This document shows positions 30,992 to 40,366 of a stretch of 60,511 nt of DNA, one piece after another. The DNA comes from Candidatus Sumerlaeia bacterium (lineage in GTDB: Bacteria; Sumerlaeota; Sumerlaeia; SLMS01; JANRJK01): contig JANRJK010000018.1 of assembly GCA_033764015.1 (NCBI GenBank), positions 1-60,511 of the forward strand, in the 5' to 3' direction. The translations under genes were made by a program, and so were the position numbers. Numbering within the stretch: the stretch's first letter is position 1; every line of letters begins with the position of its first letter. The notes below the pieces were generated by a model, which was not told the DNA's origin, did not search any database, and saw nothing but the letters and a program-made list of their open reading frames with translations.

Positions 30992-31948
30992 ATGGCCACC
31001 TTCGCCGCACGCCCGATGGAGCCCGCCGAGCGCCCCGCCTGGGACGCGCTGTGGCTCGCCTCGCACCGGTGGCTGCCCCAGTCGCCCGCGGTGTTGGAAG
31101 CCGCGTGCGGAGCGGCGCTCGCGCCATGGGGCGTCTTCGAAAGCACCCGGCTGGTGGCCGCGCTCGCCTTCGCGCGGGAAGTTAAGTTCGGGCGCACCGC
31201 GCTGCGCCACGCGGCGCCGGTATCGTTCCAGGGAGTCCTGACCGCCCCGGGAATCGACCGTGACGAGGCGATGGCGGCGATCGCCCGCGCGGTCCCCGGG
31301 GCCTGCGCGCGCGCCGACGCGATCCTGGGCCCCGGAGAGGTCGACGCCCGCCCATTCGCTTGGAACGGCTGGAGCGCCGCGCCGCACTACAACTTCGTGA
31401 ACCGGCTCGACGCGCCGGGAGGGATCGAGGCCAGCCTCTCCCCCGCCGCGCGGCGCCAGCTCCGCAAGGCGCGCGGGGCGGGGCTCCGGGCGGAGCGCGG
31501 CGACGGGCTCGGGGAACTCGAGCGCCTCCGCGCCGCCACCACCGCGCGGCACTCGTTCGCCGACGCCGTGACCTGGGAGGGCTACCAGCGGCTCTTCGCG
31601 CTGGGCGCGGCGGCGGGCACCGGCGTTCGGAGCGCCGTCCTGCTGGCGCGCTCGGAGGACGGAGCCGTGCACGCGGGGGCCCTCCTCCTCGCCGACGCGC
31701 ACCGAACCTACTACGCGATGGGTGCTTCGGACCCGGGGCTGCTTGGCAGCGGCGCGCCGACTCTGCTCCACACCGACGGGTCGGCGCTTCTCGCCGCCGA
31801 GGGGTGGCCCGCGGTGTACGACTGGTGCGGCGCGAACACCCCGGGCGTCGCGCGCTTCAAGGAGGGCTTCGGCCCGGTGCTCGAGCTCTTGATGCGTATC
31901 GAGTGGGCGAGTCCCGCGGCGGCGCTCTGGCGTCGCCTCAGGGCGTAG
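30992..31948 (+). CDS. GNAT (FemAB/Acetyltransf_6-like) family protein
   Basis: SLSPAARRQLRKA, TYYAMGA, GAPTLL, YDWCGANTPGVARFKEGFG. Confidence 0.8.
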   Translation: MATFAARPMEPAERPAWDALWLASHRWLPQSPAVLEAACGAALAPWGVFESTRLVAALAFAREVKFGRTALRHAAPVSFQGVLTAPGIDRDEAMAAIARAVPGACARADAILGPGEVDARPFAWNGWSAAPHYNFVNRLDAPGGIEASLSPAARRQLRKARGAGLRAERGDGLGELERLRAATTARHSFADAVTWEGYQRLFALGAAAGTGVRSAVLLARSEDGAVHAGALLLADAHRTYYAMGASDPGLLGSGAPTLLHTDGSALLAAEGWPAVYDWCGANTPGVARFKEGFGPVLELLMRIEWASPAAALWRRLRA

Positions 31949-31978
31949 AAGAGCGCCTCGGCGCGGCCGGGTAGGCGC

Positions 31979-32359
31979 CTACTTCAGGTCCCCCGCCGGG
32001 GCCGCGTGCCGCTTGAGGTCCGCCAAGCTCACGAACTCGAGCGTCGCCGCGTGGGTCGCTTCCAACACCACCCTTGGCGCCATGCCGGCCTCGAACGCCT
32101 CCACCCAGCGCATTGCGCAGAGGCACCAGCGGTCGCCGGCCTTGAGGCCGGGAAAGCTCCACTCCGGATGCGGCGTGCTGAGGTCGTTGCCGGCGGCCTT
32201 CGAGAAGGCCAGGAACTCGTCCGTCATCACCGCGCAAACCGTGTGGATGCCGCGGTCCTCGGGCCCGGTGTGGCAGCAGCCGTCCCGGAAGAATCCAGTC
32301 AACGGTTCGGCGCTGCACTGCTGGAGTTGTGTTCCGAGGACGTTCTTGGCGGTGCTCAT
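31979..32359 (-). CDS. DUF2237 family protein
   Basis: NVLGT.LQ.CS..PLTGFFRDGCC, GNDLSTP, GLKAGDRWCLCA.RW. Confidence 0.92.
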   Translation of the reverse strand: MSTAKNVLGTQLQQCSAEPLTGFFRDGCCHTGPEDRGIHTVCAVMTDEFLAFSKAAGNDLSTPHPEWSFPGLKAGDRWCLCAMRWVEAFEAGMAPRVVLEATHAATLEFVSLADLKRHAAPAGDLK

Positions 32360-32412
32360 GGGTGTGACCACTCCTTGGCGATGGGGCGGCCCTGGCAAAG
32401 CGCGGGCCGCTG

Positions 32413-33939
32413 CTACTTAAGCTTCTCCGCGACCGCCTCCATGGCGGGCTCGACGCGGTACTGGGCGGCCGCGTGGTGCCGGAGCGGCGCTTCCGCGATC
32501 TCGGCATCCGGCGGAGGCGGCGCCACCGCGGCGCCGGTGATCGCGCGGCGCAACTCCGAGAGCGTCTTCCAGACCGTCATCACGACGATCTTTATGTCGA
32601 GCCAGAGCGACCAGTTCTCCACGTAGTACAGGTCGTACCGCAGCCGCTGGACGACGCTGGTGTTGCCGCGCAGGTTGTGCACCTGCGCCCACCCGGTGAT
32701 GCCGGTGCGGACGGAGTGGCGCGCCATGTAGCGCGGGATCTCCTCCTTGAAGCGGTCCACGTAGACCGGGCGCTCGGGGCGCGGGCCCACAAGGCTCATG
32801 TCGCCGCGGAGCACATTCCAGAGCTGCGGCAGTTCGTCGAGCCCGGTCCGGCGCATGAAGTTCCCCCAGGGCGTCGCCCGGGTGTCCACCGCACCGCCCC
32901 AACCGGGTCCGGCCGCCTCCGCGTCCGGGCGCATCGAACGGAACTTGTAGCAGGTGAACTCCTGCCCGTCGAGGCTAAGCCGCGGCTGGCGGTAGATCGC
33001 CGAGGCGTTCGGGATGCTGCGCCTCGTCTTCCACCAAAGGAACAGCAGCAGCGGCGCCAGGGCGATAAGCCCCGCGGTCGCCACCAGCACGTCGAAGCCG
33101 CGCTTCGCGAAGACGTTCCACCCCGAGAGAGGCGTCTGCTTCATCGAGTAGATCGGCACGCCCGCGATCTCGTCGTAGTAGATCTGCGTGCGCATGATCT
33201 CGAAGAGGTCCGGCACCACGTGCACCAGGGCGTTCTCGCGCTCCGCCTCGAGGCAGACGGTTTCGAGCTGGTCCGGCGGCAGGTTCGCCTGCGTCACGAA
33301 GATCTCGTGGATGCGGTAGGTCTTGATGATGTCGCGGAGTTCCCGCATCACGCCGATCACCGGCGTGCCGCGCACCATGCGCCCGGCCTCATCGTCGTTG
33401 ATCCCGACGAACCCGACAAGGTCGTAGGCGTACTCGGGCTGCATGCGGCAGCGGTTCGCGAGGCGCATCGCCACCGTGCCCGTGCCGAGGATTAGAACAC
33501 GGGAACGCGAGCCGGCGCCGCTCAGGAAGAAACGCACGATCAGCCACTGCAGCAGCACGCGGACGAGGATGATCGACACCACGCCCGCGAAGAACGCCAC
33601 CAGGAACAGCCACCGCGATACGTCCATGTCCCGCACGAAGTAATTCCGAGCCACCACCAGCATCACCGCCAGCGACGAGCCGATCAGGATGCGCCGCGCG
33701 CGGTTGAAGCTGATGATCCGGGGATGGTTCGAGTAGGCGTGCGCCAACCTCAGCGCCAGTATCCACAAGCCAAGGGCCCACCAGAACTGGCTTTCGTAGG
33801 AGACCGACTCGACCGCGGACGGATCCCAGCCGCTGTGGAAGCGCAGCCAGTAGCAACCCCACAGCGCGCCCGAAATCGCCAGCGCGTCGCCGACGAGCTG
33901 GACCAGCAGGAATCGCAAATGGTGGTGGCGGTTCAGCAT
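32413..33939 (-). CDS. undecaprenyl-phosphate glucose phosphotransferase (WcaJ-type priming PGT)
   Basis: 4 N-terminal TM, CoA-binding-like domain, KRGFD, KFRSM, LDELPQLWNVLRGDMSLVGPRPERP, GITGWAQV, DLYYVENWSLWLD. Confidence 0.93.
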   Translation of the reverse strand: MLNRHHHLRFLLVQLVGDALAISGALWGCYWLRFHSGWDPSAVESVSYESQFWWALGLWILALRLAHAYSNHPRIISFNRARRILIGSSLAVMLVVARNYFVRDMDVSRWLFLVAFFAGVVSIILVRVLLQWLIVRFFLSGAGSRSRVLILGTGTVAMRLANRCRMQPEYAYDLVGFVGINDDEAGRMVRGTPVIGVMRELRDIIKTYRIHEIFVTQANLPPDQLETVCLEAERENALVHVVPDLFEIMRTQIYYDEIAGVPIYSMKQTPLSGWNVFAKRGFDVLVATAGLIALAPLLLFLWWKTRRSIPNASAIYRQPRLSLDGQEFTCYKFRSMRPDAEAAGPGWGGAVDTRATPWGNFMRRTGLDELPQLWNVLRGDMSLVGPRPERPVYVDRFKEEIPRYMARHSVRTGITGWAQVHNLRGNTSVVQRLRYDLYYVENWSLWLDIKIVVMTVWKTLSELRRAITGAAVAPPPPDAEIAEAPLRHHAAAQYRVEPAMEAVAEKLK

Positions 33940-34100
33940 CGTTCCCCCGGCGCGTCCACTGCCGGATAGGTCTAACGCGAACGGGCTTCAAGCCAAGGGG
34001 GATTCCGGCCGCCGGAGGTCGGGAGCGCCCAGCTTTCGGGTGGACTTGCCCCCGCCGCCCTCTCATTCTCCGCCAAGCGCTCGCACGACGGGGAACCACC

Positions 34101-36809
34101 ATGATTCGTCCACAAACCGGCACTATCCCGGGCCTCCTGCTTGGCCTCGCACTAGCCAGCGCGGCGGCCGCGCAACCCCACGGCATCGAAACCCGGGTGC
34201 CGAACACCTCGATCGTCATCGAAGACCTGCCCCCGGTATCAGGCTCCATCAGTCTTCAATCCGTTCCGGTCGCCGGCGTCTCCATCGGAACACCGGTGGA
34301 CATCAAGCACGCGAACGACGGCTCGAACCGCGTCTTCATCGTCGACCAGGCCGGGCGCATCGTCGTCTACGACGCGGACGACCCCACACGGACCGCGTCC
34401 CTCTTCCTCGATATCGACGCGCGCGTGACATCCGGCGGCGAACGCGGCCTGCTCGGACTCGCGTTCCACCCCGACTACGCCAGCAACGGCCGCTTCTTCG
34501 TCAACTACACCAACGACACGAGCGGGCTTGTGACGCGGGTGTCGGAGTTCATCAATCCGAACCCCGCCGGGAACATGGGCACCACCGTCCCGACCGAGCG
34601 GATCCTCCTCCAGTTCAACCAGCCCTTCAGCAACCACAATGGCGGATTCATCGACTTCGACGCCGACGGAAAGCTCCTGATCGCGACGGGCGACGGCGGC
34701 AGCGCCAACGACCCCCAGGACACCGCCCAGAACGTCGGCAGCTTCCTCGGCAAGATCCTCCGCATCGACGTCGACGCCGCCTTCGCCCCCGGCAAGCAGT
34801 ACGCGATCCCGGCCGACAACCCCTTCGCCGTGTCAACGCCGGGGCCGACAGAGGTCATCGTGGAGAGCCGCCAGCCGAACGGCACCACCACCACCCCCGG
34901 ACAGGGGTATCAGGAGCTCTCCGGCGAGTTCCAGGACTCCCCGCTCAAGAGCACCGTGACGGGCCTCTCGGGTCAGGGCAGCCGCTTCAGCACCAACTCC
35001 AGCGTCAACGCAGCCGTGCGATTCACCCCGGCGGGGCTGACCCCCGGCCTGTGGGACGTCTACGTCACCACGCCCTCCGACCCGTCGGTGAACGCAGCCA
35101 ATTCCGTCTACATTATCGTGAACGACGGTGAGCCCATGTCGTACACCTACTCGGCCAACAGCGGCAGCACCGGGAACCAGTGGCGCCTGTTGCGGCGCAA
35201 TGTTCCGATGGCCGGCAACGGCAGCGACTACGTACAACTCGCCGAAGGCAGCCCGCAGGCGGGCAATTTCTTCGTCGACGCGGTGCGGCTGGTGAAGCGC
35301 TCGCCACTTCCCGAGATCTACACCTACGGCATGCGCAACCCGTGGCGGTTCTCCGTGGACCGCGTCACGGGCCAGGTGTGGATCGGGGACGTGGGGCAGG
35401 ACGCCCGCGAGGAGGTGAGCCTCCTCGTCGCCGGCGGCAACTACGGCTGGCGCGACGCGGAAGGCGAGATCTGCACGCCCTCCATCGACTCCACGTGCGA
35501 CCTCACCGGTTACGTCGACCCGATCTACACCTACCGCCATAGCGGCGGATCCCCGACCGGATGCTCGATCACCGGCGGCTACGTTTACCGCGGCTCCGCC
35601 TTCCCGGAACTCTACGGCATGTACATCTTCACCGACTACTGCAACGGGTGGCTTCGGGGCCTCCGCTGGGATGGCGTCCAACTCAGCTTCAACAACCAGC
35701 TCAACGCCGGCACCGGCCTCAACATCCTCACCTTCGGCGAGCGCGAGGACGGCGAACTGCTCATCGGCGCCCAGAACGGTCAGATCTACGAGATCATCCG
35801 CCAAGGCGCCGCGCCCCCGTCCGACCTGCCCCTTAAGCTGAGCGACCTCCCCGCGCTGCTCGACCTCGTGCAGGGCGGCGAGGTGCCGGGCATCATCCCC
35901 TACCAGCCGCGCGTCCAGTTCTGGTCCGACAACGCCATCAAGTCGCGCTACATGGCGATCCCGGGCCTCGAGCAGATCGGCTACCTCGACTACCAAGGCT
36001 ACGAGTTCCCCGACGCCTCAGTGCTCGTGAAGCACTTCAACTACCCGCTCGACGAGTCGAATCCCTCCTCGCTCATGCCCGTCGAAACGCGCCTCATGGT
36101 GAAGGACGGCGCCGACTGGCGCGCCTTCAGCTACCGCTGGAACGACGCCGGCACGGACGCGGACCTCCTCACCAGCGCCGACACCCGCGAGTTCCTCGTG
36201 CAGACCGCGCTCGGGCCCAAGACGGTGAAGTGGGACTTCCCCAACGAGTCCCAGTGCTTCCAGTGCCACACCACGATTGCGAACCGCGTCCTCGGCATCC
36301 AGACGCCGGAGCTCAACTGGGAGTACGAGTACCCCTGGAGCGGCGTGGCCGACAACCAGCTCCGCACCTTCGCGCACCTCGGCGTCTTCCAAAGCCCCGG
36401 CCTCCCCGCGCAGCCCGCCGCGCTTCCGAAGCAGACCGACATCCTCGACGCCACGCTCAATATCCGCTCCCGGGCGCGCTCCTACCTCCAGGCCAACTGC
36501 GCCTACTGCCACCAGCCCGGCGGACCGACTCCCTCCTCGATGGACCTCCGGTTCACGACGCTCGCCTCGGAAATGAACGCGATCGACTCGCCGCCGCGAA
36601 GCGGCACGCTCGGCCTCGTCGATCCGCAGATCGTCAAGCCCGGCGACTATCAGAACTCCGTCCTCTACCAGCGCATCCACCGGCGCGGCCAGAACCAGAT
36701 GCCCCCGCTCGCGTCCAACATCATCGACGAGCCCGGCTCGGAGCTGATCCGCCAGTGGATCCTCGATCTCGCCAACCCCGCGGATCCCGACGCGCTCACC
36801 GTCCGGTAG
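34101..36809 (+). CDS. secreted glucose/sorbosone dehydrogenase-like beta-propeller with inserted beta-sandwich and C-terminal di-heme cytochrome c region
   Basis: Signal peptide; ERGLLGLAFHP, NHNGG, GDGG, GKILRID, YGMRNPWR; CFQCH and CAYCH heme motifs; QMPP. Confidence 0.88.
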   Translation: MIRPQTGTIPGLLLGLALASAAAAQPHGIETRVPNTSIVIEDLPPVSGSISLQSVPVAGVSIGTPVDIKHANDGSNRVFIVDQAGRIVVYDADDPTRTASLFLDIDARVTSGGERGLLGLAFHPDYASNGRFFVNYTNDTSGLVTRVSEFINPNPAGNMGTTVPTERILLQFNQPFSNHNGGFIDFDADGKLLIATGDGGSANDPQDTAQNVGSFLGKILRIDVDAAFAPGKQYAIPADNPFAVSTPGPTEVIVESRQPNGTTTTPGQGYQELSGEFQDSPLKSTVTGLSGQGSRFSTNSSVNAAVRFTPAGLTPGLWDVYVTTPSDPSVNAANSVYIIVNDGEPMSYTYSANSGSTGNQWRLLRRNVPMAGNGSDYVQLAEGSPQAGNFFVDAVRLVKRSPLPEIYTYGMRNPWRFSVDRVTGQVWIGDVGQDAREEVSLLVAGGNYGWRDAEGEICTPSIDSTCDLTGYVDPIYTYRHSGGSPTGCSITGGYVYRGSAFPELYGMYIFTDYCNGWLRGLRWDGVQLSFNNQLNAGTGLNILTFGEREDGELLIGAQNGQIYEIIRQGAAPPSDLPLKLSDLPALLDLVQGGEVPGIIPYQPRVQFWSDNAIKSRYMAIPGLEQIGYLDYQGYEFPDASVLVKHFNYPLDESNPSSLMPVETRLMVKDGADWRAFSYRWNDAGTDADLLTSADTREFLVQTALGPKTVKWDFPNESQCFQCHTTIANRVLGIQTPELNWEYEYPWSGVADNQLRTFAHLGVFQSPGLPAQPAALPKQTDILDATLNIRSRARSYLQANCAYCHQPGGPTPSSMDLRFTTLASEMNAIDSPPRSGTLGLVDPQIVKPGDYQNSVLYQRIHRRGQNQMPPLASNIIDEPGSELIRQWILDLANPADPDALTVR

Positions 36810-36840
36810 TCGGCAGGTCCTGCATCGCCGACGAAGTCCA

Positions 36841-36870
36841 GCGGGCCACTCCTCCGGGGGTGGCCCGTTT
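36841..36870 (+). terminator. rho-independent terminator
   Basis: CGGGCCACTCC-TCCG-GGGGTGGCCCG followed by TTT. Confidence 0.65.
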
Positions 36871-36988
36871 CATGCCCTTCCGCACGGGTGGCACACTGCG
36901 CACAGGGCTTCTCCTTGCGGCGCGAACACCGACGGCGCAGGATGGCTCAGGCGTGGAATCCGCACAGGCAGGCACCCCCGCAGCGCAC

Positions 36989-37555
36989 ATGGCACCTCCG
37001 ATCGACCCGTCCTGGGTCGACTTCCGAACCAAGGACGACCGCTCGCTCGGCGACCTGAGCGGTTCCAAGTGCCATCTCCTTGTCTTCTTCCGCCACAGCG
37101 GATGCACCTTCTGCCGCGAGGCGGTGGACGACATCGCCAAGGTACGCCCGCAGCTCCTCGACGACGGCGCCGAGGCGATCCTCGTCCACCACGGCGACGA
37201 ACACCGCTTCCTTCGCCTGCTCCGCGACACCGGCCTCGAAGCCTGCCCCCGCGTCCACGACCCGGAGCGCAAGCTCTACCACGCCTTCGGCCTCACCGAC
37301 GCCCGCCTCGACCAATGGCTCTCCCCAGGCAGCATGCTGCGGAGCGTCGAAGCCATCCTCGCGGGCCACGGGTGGGCCTTCCCCGACGGGTCCTCACTGC
37401 AGATGCCGGGCCTCTTCGCCATCCACGACCGAAAGGTCCTCGTGTCCTACTACCACCGAAACGTCTCGGACCGCCCCGACTACCTAGCGGTCGCCCGTGA
37501 AGCGATGAAGCGGATCGAGGCACCGCCGCGGAAGGCGAAGGCAGCGGCCCGCTAG
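36989..37555 (+). CDS. AhpC/TSA-like (peroxiredoxin-like, SelL-related) redox protein
   Basis: FFRHSGCTFCRE (CxxC), DPERKLYHAFGL, LQMPG, DRPDY. Confidence 0.85.
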   Translation: MAPPIDPSWVDFRTKDDRSLGDLSGSKCHLLVFFRHSGCTFCREAVDDIAKVRPQLLDDGAEAILVHHGDEHRFLRLLRDTGLEACPRVHDPERKLYHAFGLTDARLDQWLSPGSMLRSVEAILAGHGWAFPDGSSLQMPGLFAIHDRKVLVSYYHRNVSDRPDYLAVAREAMKRIEAPPRKAKAAAR

Positions 37556-37776
37556 GCCGGGATTGCCGCCTAGGGCGCCAACGGCGCCCCCCATCACAGC
37601 CCGGGGCACCGCCCCGGGAACAACCACACGCCCCTGCCGCCAGCGCCAAGGTGGCGCCCCGTCCCAGCCCGGCGCGCCGCCCGGGGGAAAGCGGCGACGC
37701 CAAAGCCCTGTGTGATTTCCGGGCTAGCCTCCGGCCCGAAACCGGCTTTCGATCGCGCCATTGGAAGGAAGCGGCT

Positions 37777-38403
37777 ATGACTAGTACAACGCTCTCGGAC
37801 GCGGAGCGCTTCTGGGCTGGCGAGTTCGGCGCAGGCTACCGCGAGCGCAACACCGGCGCCGCGCTCGTCGCCGCCCGCTGTGCGCTTTTCAGCAAGGTCC
37901 TCGGCTCCTGCGCGCCTATCCACTCGGCCATCGAGCTTGGGGCCAATATCGGCAACAACCTCAAAGCTCTACGTATACTCCTCCCGCACGCGGAACTGAC
38001 CGGCGTGGAGATCAACGCGGAGTCCGCGCGGCTGCTCGCCGCCATCCCCACGATCAACGCGGTGAACGCTTCGCTCCTCGGCTTCCGGCTCGGCAGCCCC
38101 GCGGACCTTTCCTTCACCGCGGGGGTGCTCATCCACATCCCCCCAGCGGACCTGCCCGATGCGTACGCGGCGCTGTACGAAAACGCACGCCGCTACATCT
38201 TGGTGGCGGAGTACTACAACCCCACCCCGGTCGAGATCCCCTATCGCGGGCACAGTGGGAAGCTCTTCAAGCGCGACTTCGCTGGCGAGCTGCTGGACCG
38301 CTACCCGAACCTGAGGCTGCGCGACTACGGCTTCTGCTACCGCCGCGATCCGGTGTTCCCCATGGACGACGGCACCTGGTTCCTGCTGGAGAAGCAGGGC
38401 TGA
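37777..38403 (+). CDS. pseudaminic acid biosynthesis-associated methylase-like
   Basis: FWAGEFG..Y..RN, ELGANIG.NL, GVLIHI.P, AEYYNP.P.EI.YRGH..KLFKRDFAGE. Confidence 0.9.
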   Translation: MTSTTLSDAERFWAGEFGAGYRERNTGAALVAARCALFSKVLGSCAPIHSAIELGANIGNNLKALRILLPHAELTGVEINAESARLLAAIPTINAVNASLLGFRLGSPADLSFTAGVLIHIPPADLPDAYAALYENARRYILVAEYYNPTPVEIPYRGHSGKLFKRDFAGELLDRYPNLRLRDYGFCYRRDPVFPMDDGTWFLLEKQG

Positions 38404-39405
38404 TCAGGCGAATTCCGGCTTCGGATCGCGATTCATCAACTGGTCGAGCGCCTGCACCGCGGTGAGCCGCCCGGTGCATAGATGGTGCACGGCGCTCATG
38501 ATCGGCACTTCGACCCCGTGCTTCATCGCCAGTTCCACCGCCGCGCGCGCTGTCGGCACGCCCTCCACCACTTGCCCCAGCCGGTCGACGATCGCCGCGG
38601 CGGACTCGCCCTTCGCGAGGCACTCGCCGAATGTGCGGTTGCGCGAGTGCGGCGAGAAGCACGTCACCGTGAGGTCGCCCAGTCCCGCGAGCCCCGCAAG
38701 GGTGCGCTGCTGCGCCCCGAGCGCGCCGGCGAGGCGGGTCATCTCCGCCAAGCCCCGGCACACGAGCGCCGCCTTCGTGTTGTCGCCGAAGCCGAGGCCG
38801 TCCGTGGCGCCCGCCGCGATCGCCACCACGTTTTTCAGCGCCCCGCCGAGTTCGACACCGACCACATCGTCGTGGGTGTAGATGCGGAAGCGCGCTGTCA
38901 TGCATGCCTCCTGCACGGCGGTGGCGAGCTTGCCGTGCGCGGACGCCGCGACCGCGCTGGTGGGCACCCCCTTGGCAACCTCGCGCGCGATGCAGGGCCC
39001 CGACAGCACCGCCAGCGGCAATGGCAGGTGCGCGGATAGAACCTCCGCCGGCAGGCGCCCGGTCGAGACCTCGATCCCCTTCGCCACCACCACCAGCGAG
39101 GCGGGATGCGACGAGCCCGGCAGCGCCGCGATCCGCGCCGCGAGCGAATCGAGCGCCTGAGCCGGGCAGGCCAGTAGCGCCGCGTCCGAACCCCGCATCG
39201 CCGCCTCGATGTCGTCGCAGAGGCGCACGCCCTCCGAGAGCCGCAGCTCCGGGATCCCGAAGGGATGGCGCTCCTCGCGCAAGCGCTCGAGCGGTTCCGC
39301 ATGGGCGTCCCAAAGGCGCACATCCAGCCCCTTGCGGCCGAGCAGGTCCGCCAGGGTGGCGCCCCAGGAACCGGCGCCCAGCACCGCCACGCGCGTGATC
39401 TTCAT
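38404..39405 (-). CDS. gpsA: NAD(P)H-dependent glycerol-3-phosphate dehydrogenase
   Basis: LGAGSWG, AKGIE, LSGP, GVELGGALKNV.AIAAG, GLGDL.VTC.S..SRN. Confidence 0.96.
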   Translation of the reverse strand: MKITRVAVLGAGSWGATLADLLGRKGLDVRLWDAHAEPLERLREERHPFGIPELRLSEGVRLCDDIEAAMRGSDAALLACPAQALDSLAARIAALPGSSHPASLVVVAKGIEVSTGRLPAEVLSAHLPLPLAVLSGPCIAREVAKGVPTSAVAASAHGKLATAVQEACMTARFRIYTHDDVVGVELGGALKNVVAIAAGATDGLGFGDNTKAALVCRGLAEMTRLAGALGAQQRTLAGLAGLGDLTVTCFSPHSRNRTFGECLAKGESAAAIVDRLGQVVEGVPTARAAVELAMKHGVEVPIMSAVHHLCTGRLTAVQALDQLMNRDPKPEFA

Positions 39406-39445
39406 GGTCCGTCCCCCGCGGCCGTTCGGATTGTCACTCGTTCCA

Positions 39446-40366
39446 TCAGGCGGCGCGCAGGGAAATGGTCAACCGGAGAAGGGCCCGCTCGAGCGCCTCG
39501 AACCAGTCCGCCACATACGCCTCGGTCCCCTTGGGGTACATCAGCGTCTGCACGCGGTGCAGTTCCGCGACCAGCCGCCGCAGCTCCGCGAGCCCGGTCC
39601 GCGCCGCGAAGCGGCTCGCCTGCGCCCGGCGGAAATCGGGCAGCTTCGCGAAACTCGGGTAGGCCGCGCCGTGCAGCAGGTCGTCCCGGGGCCAGTCGTT
39701 CTCCCGCGCGAGCTGCGCCGCCTTCGCCTGCACCACCATTTCCGCGAACCCGCTCACGGTCCGGTACATCTTCAGCCTCGCCGCGCTTTCGTTTCCCGCC
39801 CGCTCCTTCCACTCGTTCATCACCTCGACGGCGCGCTCGAGCCGCCCGTTGTAGAGCTCCTCCTCGAGCGTCCGGGCGATCGGCTTCTCGCGGAAGGCCC
39901 GCAGCCGCGCGCGCCGGGCGAGCATCTGGAACAGCGGCGAGCGGTCGTCCACCGCCCGGTTCTTGTCCTCGTCCTCCTCGCAGACGAAGACCGCCACGTT
40001 CGGCACATCCCGGAAGGTGCCGTCGAGGAACTCCTCGAGCGCCGCCACGTGGTCCTTCTCCGGCTCCTTGCCCTTCTTCGCGCCTGCCTTCGCCTTTGAC
40101 CCGCTCGAGCCGTAGAGGTCGGCAAGGTTGCGGATCACCACCACCCTCGGCATGTCGCCGAGCAGGGTCGTCTGCGCCAGCTCGGAGGTGATCTCAGTGA
40201 ACGCCCGCTCCAGCCGGTACGGCTGCGTGCCCGCGGGGCGCAGCTCGACCACGCCCCCCGCCCGCTCCTCGGCCGGAAGGATCGAGCACACCAGTTCGTA
40301 GCGCGCGTCCTCCAACTTCACCTCCTCGTTCCCGTAAAGGAGGTGGATCCGCTCCGCGGGGATCAC
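39446..40366 (-). CDS. holA: DNA polymerase III delta subunit (HolA-like)
   Basis: IHLLYGNEE...ELAQTTLLGD.PRVVVIRN...; C-terminal helical region ending LERALLRL; GTG overlaps upstream stop. Confidence 0.65.
   Translation of the reverse strand: MIPAERIHLLYGNEEVKLEDARYELVCSILPAEERAGGVVELRPAGTQPYRLERAFTEITSELAQTTLLGDMPRVVVIRNLADLYGSSGSKAKAGAKKGKEPEKDHVAALEEFLDGTFRDVPNVAVFVCEEDEDKNRAVDDRSPLFQMLARRARLRAFREKPIARTLEEELYNGRLERAVEVMNEWKERAGNESAARLKMYRTVSGFAEMVVQAKAAQLARENDWPRDDLLHGAAYPSFAKLPDFRRAQASRFAARTGLAELRRLVAELHRVQTLMYPKGTEAYVADWFEALERALLRLTISLRAA

Noticed and set aside
32391..32407. Sigma-54-like CTGGCAAAGCGCGGGC
   Set aside because: Poor -12 element, and it points antisense into wcaJ; likely chance in GC-rich DNA.
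36989..37555. Selenoprotein (SelL-like UxxC)
   Set aside because: The motif is CTFC with two TGC codons and there is no in-frame TGA.
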